Source: an uncultured Acidobacteriaceae bacterium
Lineage (GTDB): Bacteria > Acidobacteriota > Terriglobia > Terriglobales > Acidobacteriaceae
Assembly: GCA_963766975.1 (NCBI GenBank)
Contig: CAVYCF010000012.1
Location: 32,859 to 96,858, forward strand
Direction of reading: 5' to 3'
Length of the DNA stretch: 64,000 bases
Of the stretch, positions 1-8,941 are shown in pieces. Made by a program: the position numbers and the translations under genes. The notes under the pieces were generated by a model. That model saw nothing but the letters and a program-made list of their open reading frames with translations, ran no database searches and was not told the origin of the DNA. Each line of letters opens with the position of its first letter. The first letter of the stretch is position 1.

Positions 1-2
1 CA

Positions 3-440
3 AGCGATCCCTACTCCCGCTTCAAGCAGAATGCCGCAGCCGCAGTCGCCGCCGAACAAGCCCGCGAAAAGCTAAAACTGTGCCGCAATCCCAAGGACGC
101 CATCGAGCAGATCACCTGTCCCGACGACGAATTCCGTCGTTCCGATAAGGGCTATTTGCAACTCACTCATGCGATCAGTGCGCTGCTTCGGTCCTATGAA
201 GCCAACGGGGGCGACGACGATCAGGCCAATGAAGACAGGATCGCGAAAGATTTTGACATGGCTGAGGCTATCTGGGCGAAATACCGCGAAGCCCAATGTG
301 GGACTCTCGGCTCCGATCTGGAACCACACGACACTCGCGGCCACGCCACCGCTTATGTCGTTTCGTCCTGCAACTTCGCCGTCACCCGCCAGCACATCTA
401 CGAGCTCAACGCCGTCTACAACTGGCTCTGGACGCGATAG
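3..440 (+). CDS. LprI/DUF1311-like protein, 5' end outside the window
   Basis: The frame is open from position 3 (SDPYSRFK...LKLC...EQITC..DEFRRSD). The C-terminal W-AKYREAQC motif and paired Cys resemble LprI-family proteins. Confidence 0.55.
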   Translation, partial: SDPYSRFKQNAAAAVAAEQAREKLKLCRNPKDAIEQITCPDDEFRRSDKGYLQLTHAISALLRSYEANGGDDDQANEDRIAKDFDMAEAIWAKYREAQCGTLGSDLEPHDTRGHATAYVVSSCNFAVTRQHIYELNAVYNWLWTR

Positions 441-473
441 ACCTGCCCCACAGCGGTATCCTTAATACTGACC

Positions 474-2032
474 ATGCCTACCATCATCCGCCAGGACGAC
501 GTTATCCGCTCTGTAGCCGACGCGCTGCAGTACATCAGCTTCTACCACCCGGTGGACTACATCACCAACCTGGCGCGCGCGTACGAGGCCGAGCAGTCGC
601 CCGCCGCGCGCGACGCCATCGCGCAGATCCTCATCAACTCGCGCATGTGCGCCGAGGGCCACCGCCCCATCTGCCAGGACACCGGCATCGTCACCGCCTT
701 CGTCAAGGTCGGCATGGAGGTGCAGTGGCAGCCCTCCGCCGCCCACGGCATGCTCTCCATGCAGCAGATGATCGACGCGGGCGTGCGCGAGGCCTGGCTG
801 AACCCCGACAACGTGCTGCGCGCCTCCGTCCTCGCCGACCCCGCCTTCTCCCGCAAGAACACGCGCGACAACACGCCCGCTATGGTCGTCGTCGAACTGG
901 TCGCCGGCTCAGGTCTCGACATCACCGTCGCAAGCAAGGGCGGCGGGTCGGAAGCCAAATCGAAGTTCGCCATGCTCAACCCGTCGGACTCCATCGTCGA
1001 CTGGGTGCTGAAGACCGTGCCCACCATGGGCGCCGGCTGGTGCCCGCCCGGCATGCTCGGCATCGGCATCGGCGGCACCGCGGAGAAGGCGATGACTCTT
1101 GCCAAACAATCCCTCATGGACCCCATCGACATGCAGGACCTGCTCACCCGCCGCGCTTCCGGCGCAACCGCTCACCAAGATCGAAGAGCTGCGCATCACC
1201 CTCTACGAAAAGATCAACGCGCTGGGCATCGGCGCCCAGGGACTGGGCGGGCTGACGACAGTTTTAGACATCAAGATCCTCGACTACCCCACCCACGCGG
1301 CCAACCTGCCCGTCGCGATGATCCCCAACTGCGCCGCCACGCGCCACCTGCACATCCATCTCGACGGCAACGGCCCCGTTGCTGTGGCCCCGCCCGATCT
1401 CTCCCTCTGGCCGAAGCTCACCTACGCGCCCACCAACGCCCGCCGCGTGGACCTCTCCACCGTCACGCGCGCCGACGTCGCCACCTGGCAGCCCGGCGAG
1501 GTCGTCCTGCTCACCGGCAAGCTGCTCACCGGGCGCGACGCCGCGCACAAGCGCCTGACCGACATGCTCAACCGCGGCGAGGCGCTGCCGGTCGACTTCT
1601 CGAACCGCTTCATCTACTACGTCGGCCCGGTGGAGGCCGTGCGCGACGAGGCCGTCGGCCCCGCCGGCCCCACCACAGCGACGCGCATGGACAAGTTCAC
1701 CCGGCAGATGCTGGCCCAGACCGGCCTGCTGGGCATGGTGGGCAAGGCCGAGCGCGGGGCGGAGGCAATCGACGCCATCCGCGAATACTCCGCCGTGTAC
1801 CTGATGGCCGTCGGCGGCGCGGCCTACCTGGTCTCCAAGGCCATCCGCGCGGCAAAGCGTACTGGCGTTTGAGGACCTCGGCATGGAGGCCATCTACGAG
1901 TTCGACGTGGTGGACATGCCGGTCACGGTGGCGGTCTCGGCCGATGGAGTGAGTGTGCACACTACCGGCCCGGCGGAGTGGCAGGCGAAGATTGCGGCGC
2001 AGTCATTACCGGGAGCGCCGGTGCTTCAGTAA
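474..2032 (+). CDS. fumA: Class I (Fe-S) fumarate hydratase, with two +1 frameshifts (~1166, ~1858)
   Basis: Three frames join into one protein: MPTIIRQDDVIRSVADALQYISFYHP...PICQDTG...KGGGSE (474 frame), TKIEELR...GIGAQGLGG...TGRDAAHKR...GPTTATRMD (1099 frame), and LAFEDLGMEAIYEFDVVDMPVTVAV ending at TAA 2030-2032. Confidence 0.93.
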
Positions 2033-2134
2033 CGAGACGGTGGCACAACTTCTTGCGCACGGCATCCTAAGGAGAGGTAGAATCACGGCAAGTCAAGAAC
2101 CAAGGTATCCGCTGCATCAAACATCGCGGAGAAG

Positions 2135-2317
2135 ATGCCAATGACCAAACGAGAGATCGAGAACTTCAATCGGTTCATAGACGCGCTTGCTGAGACAATC
2201 GGCATATCCCGGAAGCAGCTTGAACGAATCATGTTTCAAGGGCAGTCAGAGCCGCACAAACCAAAATCGAGAAAAAATGGACATCCTCGAACACGATCAC
2301 TGCAAGCGGTGAAATGA
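2135..2317 (+). CDS. Small hypothetical protein (60 aa) overlapping the ATPase start
   Basis: Its TGA overlaps the ATPase ATG (ATGA at 2314-2317). No family recognised. Confidence 0.35.
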   Translation: MPMTKREIENFNRFIDALAETIGISRKQLERIMFQGQSEPHKPKSRKNGHPRTRSLQAVK

Positions 2318-3627
2318 AGTACTACGTCTATATTGATAATTTCCGCGGCTTCAGCGACACATGTGTCGAAATACTCGACGTGAATTTTCTAGTCGGTGAA
2401 AACAGCACTGGCAAGACTTCCTTCCTGGGGCTTCTGAAGCTTCTGTCCGGACCGAATCTGTTTTTTGGTCAACGATTCGACAATGAGCACATTGGGTTCG
2501 GTGGCTTCTCGGATATCGTGAGCGCGCACTCAAGCGACCGAAGTTATTTTCGCATTGGCTTCGCATGGGAAGAAGCCCCCGAGAAGAAGGAAAAGCCTCG
2601 TGTCACAGGCTGTCTCCTGACCTATACCGAAGAACGGGGACTGCCCTTCCTTTCGCAATGTACGTTTAGTCGGAACGGGAGCGTCATATCATTGCGACTT
2701 GGCAAGACGTGCATTACTCAATCGATAAATACAATGCAGCAACCGCAGACGAAATGATCTCCACTCTTCGCAAGGTGTGGGTGCGTGAGCATTCCGGTAA
2801 GGAAAAAAAATTTACAAAACTTGCGGTGCCGCCGTCGATGAAACGTGGGATGCCTGTATTGGTGGCATTGTCCTTCATCATGGATCGGAGCAAACAGCAG
2901 GTAAAGGGAAACAAGGTGGAATTGTTCCCTCCGGACATAGATTTTTTGCCCGATCTAATTTGGCTAGCCCCGATCCGGGCAAAAACAAAACGCATTATGA
3001 TCGCTGACACAGGAGACATTCTCTCCCGAAGGGGCACATACACCCTATTTGATTCGGAGAATACTGCGCACACCATCTCAGAAATCTGCAATCAAGCTGC
3101 GTCATGCGTTGGAGAAAATTGGAAAAGCAAGCGGACTTTTTCAAGAAGTCAGAATCAAGCCATATGGCCGGACTGCCAACGCGCCATTTGAGTTGGACAT
3201 TGTTCTCGATGGTAAAGCCCTCAACGTTAGCAATGGGGGGTATGGAGTTTCTCAGGCATTGCCGGTCATTGTCGAAGTACTCTTGAGAGCCTCTGGTACA
3301 TGGCTTGCAATACAGCAACCTGAGGTTCACCTTCATCCGAGAGCACAGGCTGCCCTAGGTGATCTCTTCTTCGAGATGGCAACTACAGATGAGAAGATTT
3401 TCTTGGTGGAAACGCACAGCGATTTCACCATTGATCGATTCAGGTTGAACTATAAGGGCAACAAATCAGCCAAAGCTTCCGGCCAGATCCTCTTCTTTGA
3501 GCGTAAAGACAAGCACAATGTCATTACCCCACTTGAAATCGGAAAGAACGGGGAACTGCCAACAGATCAACCAGAGAGCTATAGACAGTTCTTCATCAAA
3601 GAGCAATTGAGACTGTTAGACGTCTGA
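2314..3627 (+). CDS. ABC-type/AAA_15-21 ATPase (COG4938/DUF3696-like), frameshifted at ~2709 and ~2995-3000
   Basis: N-terminal YIDNFRGF and Walker A GENSTGKT. C-terminal GYGVSQALP, Walker B IQQPEVHLHP and H-loop VETHSD. The three ORF pieces join into ~438 aa. The region is visibly AT-richer than its flanks. Confidence 0.85.
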
Positions 3628-3630
3628 ACC

Positions 3631-4110
3631 ATGTGCGCAATCGTTGATTCATGCTGCCTCGCAATGGTTTTCGACCGCACGAACAAGGAGCACCCGCGCT
3701 TTGAACCTCTGTTCAGTTGGATCAGTGGCAGTGGTTGCCTAATTTACGGTGGCACGGGCTACAGAGCCGAACTTGAAAAACTTCCGCGCTATTTGGCACT
3801 CATTGTCGAGTTGAGAAAATCTCGCCATGCAGTCTCCGTCTCAGATTCAGAAGTAGACAAAATTGCAGCGGAATTGAAAAAGGAATATCCCGATCCACGG
3901 TTCAACGACCCGCACATCGTCGCTTTGGCACTAGCCTCAGGATGCCAAGTGGTATGTACAAACGACGCGACTGCTATCAATTACCTGAAACGTCTTGTCA
4001 TTTTTAACGGACGCGGGCTCAAGAGGCCAAGCATCTATCGGGGACACAAGAGCCACCACAAGCTATGCTGCGACAAAAAGATTGTCGGAGCGTGTAGAGA
4101 TCGCGGTTAG
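3631..4110 (+). CDS. PIN-fold nuclease-like protein
   Basis: N-terminal AIVDSCC strand-Asp, a central Glu (RAELE) and NDPHIVALALASGCQVVCTND, the usual PIN acidic-tetrad pattern. It starts 3 nt after the ATPase stop. Confidence 0.75.
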   Translation: MCAIVDSCCLAMVFDRTNKEHPRFEPLFSWISGSGCLIYGGTGYRAELEKLPRYLALIVELRKSRHAVSVSDSEVDKIAAELKKEYPDPRFNDPHIVALALASGCQVVCTNDATAINYLKRLVIFNGRGLKRPSIYRGHKSHHKLCCDKKIVGACRDRG

Positions 4111-4129
4111 ATGCATGCGGCCCTGGGTC

Positions 4130-4452
4130 CTACGCCGCGCCTACTACCCTCACCCGCCCCACTCCTTTCGCCCGCGCCCGCGGACGAATCTCGATCACCA
4201 CGTCGTGCTCCAGCGCCGTGACAAAGTGCATCAGCCGCTCCACGGAGAAGCCCTCCAGCTTGTAGCCCTTCAGCGCCGACACCTTCGGCTGATTCCGCCC
4301 AGCGCCCGCGCCGCCTCGACCTGCGTCAGCCCGCGGCCCTCCAGAATGCGGTTGATGGCCACGCACAGCCGCAGCTTCGTATCCAGCTCCTCCGCATTCT
4401 TCAGCCCCAGGTCGCGAAACACATTCCCGCTGCTTTCCGTCACTTTCGCCAT
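4130..4452 (-). CDS. XRE-family HTH protein (HigA/HTH_37-like antitoxin), frameshift at ~4293
   Basis: MAKVTESSGNVFRDLG...GLTQVEAARALG joins NQPKVSALKGYKLEGFSVERLMHFVTALEHDVVIEIRP. Confidence 0.8.
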
Positions 4453-4498
4453 ATCCCAATTCTAGGATAATGCTTCGGGAAAGACGCCAGATCGGAAG

Positions 4499-4518
4499 GG
4501 CACGCCTTCAGGCGTGCC
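4499..4518. repeat. REP-like perfect hairpin ggcacgcc-ttca-ggcgtgcc
   Basis: Perfect 8-bp inverted repeat with a 4-nt loop, in an intergenic position. Confidence 0.6.
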
Positions 4519-4739
4519 GTAAAAGACCTGGCCGAAGGCTTGGCTTTTGACTGTGCGGAGCATCAGCTCTGCACGAGAGCGCTGAAGGCGCGAAATATAC
4601 CAGCCTAGGTCGGAGCCGATTCCAACGAGCTTTGCTCGTTGGTACGGCGCAGGCCAAGGAAAGAATCGCCGCGCAAGCGCAAACACGCTGCGAAGGCCGA
4701 GCGGAGAGGCGCAGCGACAGAATTGCTTTCACGCGTGCA

Positions 4740-4811
4740 GCGCGTCGAGAACCGTACGAAGTAGCGCGTCGAGAACCGTACGAAGTACCGTGTCGAGAGC
4801 GGCACGAAGCA
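4740..4811 (+). repeat. 24-bp tandem repeat: two exact copies and one degenerate copy
   Basis: gcgcgtcgagaaccgtacgaagta at 4740-4763 and 4764-4787; ccgtgtcgagagcggcacgaagca at 4788-4811. Confidence 0.85.
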
Positions 4812-5115
4812 CCTGTCAAGCCCCGAAACCACCTATCTCGCTCACCCGCCTGACGATAGAGTTGGCATGATAGTTATGCTCCGCCAGCTACAATAGAAGT
4901 AGAGAGAAAAGCAGGAATAGAAGCAAATAGAAGTAGAGAGAAAAGCAGGAATAGAAGCAGTGAGAAAAGCAAGGTCCGCCGCGCGCGGGCCCTGTCTGTT
5001 TAGGGTATCCAATTGAAAACAAGGGCGTTCCTAAATAACTTCTGTGAAATCAATCACGAGAAATAAACCCTTCCAAATCAATCATCTGGAAAATCCTATA
5101 GGGGGAGGGGGGTAC
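4812..5115 (+). repeat. Dispersed modular non-coding element, copy 1
   Basis: By hand, 4812-4899 aligns without gaps to the reverse complement of 55283-55370 (62/88), and 5050-5115 aligns to the reverse complement of 55112-55177 (47/66). Confidence 0.75.
4892..4959 (+). repeat. 34-bp exact tandem duplication, purine-rich
   Basis: aatagaagtagagagaaaagcaggaatagaagca occurs twice back to back. Confidence 0.9.
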
Positions 5116-5132
5116 ACCAGGAAGCCCCAAGA

Positions 5133-5336
5133 TCATCCCGCTGCTCGCTCGGCGTACTCGCGGCAGGAGCGGCGGTGCTTCTCGAGGTCGAGCGCGGCTT
5201 TGACCTTGCGCTCGGCCTTCTGGCGCGCGCGGTTGCGCAGGCCGGCCTCGGTCAGTCCCAGCAGCAGATCCGGCGCGTCCTCCTGCTCGGACGACACGAT
5301 CGCCTCCTCCAGCTGCATACAGGTCTTGCACGTCAT
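5133..5336 (-). CDS. Small hypothetical protein with N-terminal CxxC and C-terminal HxxxC
   Basis: MTCKTCMQLEEAIV...LEKHRRSCREY, 67 aa, with host-like GC-rich codons. Confidence 0.5.
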   Translation of the reverse strand: MTCKTCMQLEEAIVSSEQEDAPDLLLGLTEAGLRNRARQKAERKVKAALDLEKHRRSCREYAERAAG

Positions 5337-5570
5337 GGGACTTGCTCCTACTTGGAGACTACACTGCTTCCCAGTCTGGCCTCGCGACCGTGGTCCGTCC
5401 GCCGCGGGCTCGCGCAGGCCCACCGCTGTGGCGCCGCGGATTGACGGGCCTTCCGGCACACGCGCCCGGATTCGCGTAGGCTGGAAGCAGCAACCCTCCC
5501 TCGCCTACAGGCTCCATTGCTCCAGACGAGCGTCCTTCCAGGTACGCAACCGCTCACAAGGAGTCTCCCC

Positions 5571-5756
5571 ATGAGCTTCCCCAGAAATACTGACGTTTCC
5601 AAACATCTCGCGCGCAAGCCGAGACAATCCCCAACCGAGCCGGCCAAGTCTGCGCCCGCCGCCGATTCGGCCAAGGCCGAACTGAAGTCGCTCACCCAGG
5701 ACCTCTCGGCCGCCGTCGACGGCGCCCAGGACCCTCCCGCGCTGGGCCGCGACTAA
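5571..5756 (+). CDS. Small hypothetical protein (61 aa)
   Basis: AGGAG lies 7 nt before ATG 5571; codon usage is host-like. Confidence 0.4.
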   Translation: MSFPRNTDVSKHLARKPRQSPTEPAKSAPAADSAKAELKSLTQDLSAAVDGAQDPPALGRD

Positions 5757-5818
5757 CCTGATCCCCCTCACTTGAAACAACCGGTGCGCCTGACGGCGCT
5801 CCAGTCTATGGAGCAAAT

Positions 5819-6031
5819 ATGCGTACAAACCGGATCCATGTAGCCATTGCACAGGGAAACAATCGGTATGAGATATGCCACCTGACGTCCAAGGGTGTCC
5901 ACATCATCCACAAGCGCGGCGAGCGCATGGAGGACTCCATCAATCGGGTGCTGGGAATGCTGCGCCCGCTCGCGCCTGTGGCTGCGATCCAACGGAGCTT
6001 AGCCTCCGCGGCGGTAGCCAGTCCCGCCTAA
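5819..6031 (+). CDS. Small hypothetical protein (70 aa)
   Basis: GGAG lies upstream of the ATG, and the ORF ends 22 nt before the barrel gene. Confidence 0.4.
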   Translation: MRTNRIHVAIAQGNNRYEICHLTSKGVHIIHKRGERMEDSINRVLGMLRPLAPVAAIQRSLASAAVASPA

Positions 6032-6053
6032 GACCGACCACGCCATAGAATGG

Positions 6054-6932
6054 GTGTGGATGAACAGATTGCAATGGATGGTCCGCGCGGGAGCGGGCGT
6101 AGTGTTGGTGTGCGCGCTGAGCGCAAAGGCACAAACCCAGACAACAGACTCATGGCTTACGCGCTGGCAGGCACGCGCTACGGAGACGCAGGCCGCACAG
6201 CCGCACTGGGCGACGCCTGTGGCCACCTCGACGCCGAGGATTGACCAGGCGCAGCGTGCGGAGTTCTCGCGCCAGACGAACGCCGCCGGCTATCGCACCT
6301 GGGACCTGGGCAACAGCAAAGGCCTCGAGCTGATCCCAGCGCGGCGCACGGAGCTGATCCTGGGCACGCCGCCGTTCTTTGAGCACGCGCAGCCCGGCGT
6401 GAAGAATGGCTTTGGCGATATGTGGTTGCAGGCCAAATACCGCATGGCCGCAGGCAATGAGCAGCACGGCAACTATGTGGTGACGGCGGTGCTGTACGCG
6501 ACGATCCCGACGGGGAAAGATGCGAACGGCATCTGTTGCGCGGTGGTGACTCCTGCGCTGGCCGCGGGTAAAGGCTGGGGGCGCTGGGCGGTGATCTCCA
6601 CGCTGAGCGGAACGCTGCCGGTGACCAATGTGCACGGCCTCGGGCATACCATCGCGTGGAACAATGTGGCGGAATATCGCGTGGGGGCGAAGGGCTTTGC
6701 GAAGCTGCTGACGCCGGAGATCGAGACCAACTCGAACTTCTACCGCGGCGGCGCCAACGACGGAAAGACGGCAACCTTCCTGACGCCGGGCCTGATCTTT
6801 GGCCGCATCCCGTTGACTCACGCCGCGACCGGCCGGCGCGCGCTCACGCTGGCCGCCGGCGAGCAGATCGCCGTAACGCACTATCACGCTTACAACCACG
6901 GGCTGATCGTCTCAGTGCGGATGCCGTTTTAG
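6054..6932 (+). CDS. Exported putative outer-membrane beta-barrel (MetA-pathway-like transporter), paralog 1
   Basis: Signal peptide (AKA-Q), GFGD..LQAKY motif, alternating amphipathic strands and C-terminal Phe (VRMPF). Confidence 0.65.
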   Translation: MWMNRLQWMVRAGAGVVLVCALSAKAQTQTTDSWLTRWQARATETQAAQPHWATPVATSTPRIDQAQRAEFSRQTNAAGYRTWDLGNSKGLELIPARRTELILGTPPFFEHAQPGVKNGFGDMWLQAKYRMAAGNEQHGNYVVTAVLYATIPTGKDANGICCAVVTPALAAGKGWGRWAVISTLSGTLPVTNVHGLGHTIAWNNVAEYRVGAKGFAKLLTPEIETNSNFYRGGANDGKTATFLTPGLIFGRIPLTHAATGRRALTLAAGEQIAVTHYHAYNHGLIVSVRMPF

Positions 6933-6949
6933 GTGCGCGTCAGACACCT

Positions 6950-7005
6950 AAAATCAGACACGCGCACGCAAAATCAGACGCGCGCACGCAAAATCAGACG
7001 CGCGC
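6950..7005. repeat. 20-bp tandem repeat (~2.8 copies) that includes the stop codon of the TOBE gene
   Basis: aaaatcagac(a/g)cgcgcacgc at 6950 and 6970, with a partial copy at 6990. Confidence 0.85.
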
Positions 7006-7437
7006 GATCATCACTTCGGTGGACTTCATCAGCGCGGCAGCGGTCTGGCCTTTGCGCAGGTGCATCTCACGCACAGCGTCGGCGGTGATGATGGATGTGA
7101 CTCGCTGGGGACGCGGCGCGCCGGCGATCTCAAGGACAACCTTCGCCAACAGGCCGCTGATCTTCACCTCTACGATGGTGCCGATGAGCTGATTGCGCCC
7201 ACTAACGTTGCGGAAGCGCTCTCGCGAGGCTGCGCTGGGCGCGGCAGGCTCGGCGGGAAGATAGCGGCGCAACGCGGCGCGAGGGATACGGTGATGCCCC
7301 CCCGGCGTCTTGACGGTGCGGAGCTTGCCGGAGAGGATCCACTGCTTGATGGCAGGATAGCTGACGCCGATGGCGGCTGCTGCTTCGCGGGGCGTGAGGA
7401 GGGCAGGGGAGGACCGTATGGAAGTTTTTTTTGTCAT
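6994..7437 (-). CDS. Excisionase-type HTH (HTH_17) + TOBE domain regulator (ModE-like, molybdate/tungstate sensing)
   Basis: LLTPREAAAAIGVSYPAIKQWILSGKLRTVKTPGGHHRI followed by SGRNQLIGTIVEV...SIIT..AV.EM.L..G....ALMKS (TOBE/Mop motifs). Confidence 0.85.
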   Translation of the reverse strand: MTKKTSIRSSPALLTPREAAAAIGVSYPAIKQWILSGKLRTVKTPGGHHRIPRAALRRYLPAEPAAPSAASRERFRNVSGRNQLIGTIVEVKISGLLAKVVLEIAGAPRPQRVTSIITADAVREMHLRKGQTAAALMKSTEVMIARV

Positions 7438-7485
7438 ATTTTGATCCGTATAAAAACGTCATCACCATCCGCCTAAAATTATTTC

Positions 7486-8364
7486 ATGAGGCGACGTTCT
7501 TTTGCTTTCTCGATATTGGTGAGTGGGGCTGTGTTGTTTGGGGCTTCGGCGGTGCAGGCGCAGACAGGAGATTCCTGGATTGCGCAGTATCAGGCGCGGG
7601 TCACGGCGACGCAGAGCGCGCAGCCGCACTGGGTAACGCCGCTGGTGACGGTGACACCGCGGCTGGAGCAGGAGTTTCGCACCGATTTTGTGCGGCAGAC
7701 CAACGCGAAGCTGTATGAGACGTGGAATTACGACAACAGCAAGGGATTGGAGATCATTCCGGCGCGGCGGATTGAGCTGCTGTTCAACCTGCCGCCCTTC
7801 TTCGCTCACCAGCAGCCGGGAGTGAAAGACGGCTTCGGCGATGTCTCCTTCAACAGTAAGTTCCGCATCTTTGCGCGCAATGAAGAACATGGTAACGCGA
7901 TTCTGACCGCCTTCTTCGCCGCAACTGTTCCGACAGGAAAGAACAGCAACGGAAGTTGCTGTGCAGTAGTGACTCCAACGATTGCGGGCGGCAAGGGTTG
8001 GGGGAGGCTCGACGTGACGTCGACGATGGGCGGTTCGCTGCCAGTGACCAATGGCAAGGGGTTGGGCCACACTATCGTATGGAACAACGTCGCCCAGTAC
8101 CGGGCGGCGAAGACGGGCGCGGCGCGGTTCTTCTGGCCGGAGATGGAGTTCAACTCCAGCTTCTTCTCCGGGGGCGCGAACGATGGCAAGAAGATGACGT
8201 TTGCGACGCCGGGGCTGATTGTCGGACGGATTCCACTGGCTCACAATGCTGACGGCACGCCCGGGCGGCTGGGGCTCACCTTTGGCGCGGGCGAGCAGAT
8301 CGCGCTGACGCACTTCCATACTTACAACCACGCGCTCGTGCTGACTGCGCGAATCCCATTCTAG
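7486..8364 (+). CDS. Exported putative outer-membrane beta-barrel, paralog 2
   Basis: Same length (292 aa) and shared motifs with 6054-6932 (AQPHW.TP, NSKGLE.IPARR, CCAVVTP); C-terminal IPF. Confidence 0.65.
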   Translation: MRRRSFAFSILVSGAVLFGASAVQAQTGDSWIAQYQARVTATQSAQPHWVTPLVTVTPRLEQEFRTDFVRQTNAKLYETWNYDNSKGLEIIPARRIELLFNLPPFFAHQQPGVKDGFGDVSFNSKFRIFARNEEHGNAILTAFFAATVPTGKNSNGSCCAVVTPTIAGGKGWGRLDVTSTMGGSLPVTNGKGLGHTIVWNNVAQYRAAKTGAARFFWPEMEFNSSFFSGGANDGKKMTFATPGLIVGRIPLAHNADGTPGRLGLTFGAGEQIALTHFHTYNHALVLTARIPF

Positions 8365-8520
8365 GAATGGCCCGGTGGACGAGTCCGCGCAGTCCTTCCC
8401 TGGCTGAGAACAGATGGCCGCTGCCAGGGCGATTGCGAGCGCTCTACAACGATGGGGTCATCTATGGCCCGCGGGTGGCATTCGGTGAGACGCGATTCAG
8501 GATTATGCTGAATTTGTCCG

Positions 8521-8778
8521 ATGAAGAACCGTAGCGGCGTGTACCTGCCGACTGATGTCCGATTCGCGAGTGAGGGACCCTTGGATTTTCTGGTGATGTT
8601 CGACTCTCCGTGGCTGAACTTCTGTATGGGAGGGTTCTTTCTGGTTGCAGGTGCGAAGCGGGGAAAGCGGCGTCCGCCGGGAAGCATCAGCTCGGGCGCG
8701 GGCAGTGTGGTGTTTGCCATTGTGGGTCTGTTGCTGGTCGCAAATGGCCTGTACCTGCTGTATAAGTTTGGCTCCTGA
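8521..8778 (+). CDS. Small two-helix membrane protein (start may be 8596)
   Basis: Two hydrophobic segments separated by a basic loop. Confidence 0.35.
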   Translation: MKNRSGVYLPTDVRFASEGPLDFLVMFDSPWLNFCMGGFFLVAGAKRGKRRPPGSISSGAGSVVFAIVGLLLVANGLYLLYKFGS

Positions 8779-8941
8779 TCCAGGCGGCTTTCAAACAATC
8801 TGAATTTTCGCCCATTTTCTGACGCGCGCGCGCCATTTTCCGTCGATAACTGGCATCTGAATCTGCATGCACTCGTGCATATGGAAACGTGATGCCGTTG
8901 TTGCGGAGAGTGGTTACCGCGCGAACAGGAAAGGGACGACG

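Noticed and set aside
474-2032. Programmed frameshifting or pseudogenisation of fumarase and pheT
   Set aside because: No slippery heptamer was seen, frameshifts are scattered across unrelated genes, and pheT is essential.
4462-4853. ORFs 4462-4686, 4508-4819, 4605-4832 and 4632-4853 as a toxin partner for HigA
   Set aside because: No RelE/ParE features; their repetitive peptides come from the DNA tandem repeat.
5044-5574. Peptide similarity of ORFs at 5044 (ENPIGGGGY) and 55183 (ENSIGGGGY) as a protein family
   Set aside because: The similarity is fully explained by the shared DNA element, and the ORFs are unrelated beyond it.
4740-7005. Possible CRISPR array (24-, 34- and 20-bp repeats)
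   Set aside because: The repeats are head-to-tail with no unique spacers, and no cas genes are present.
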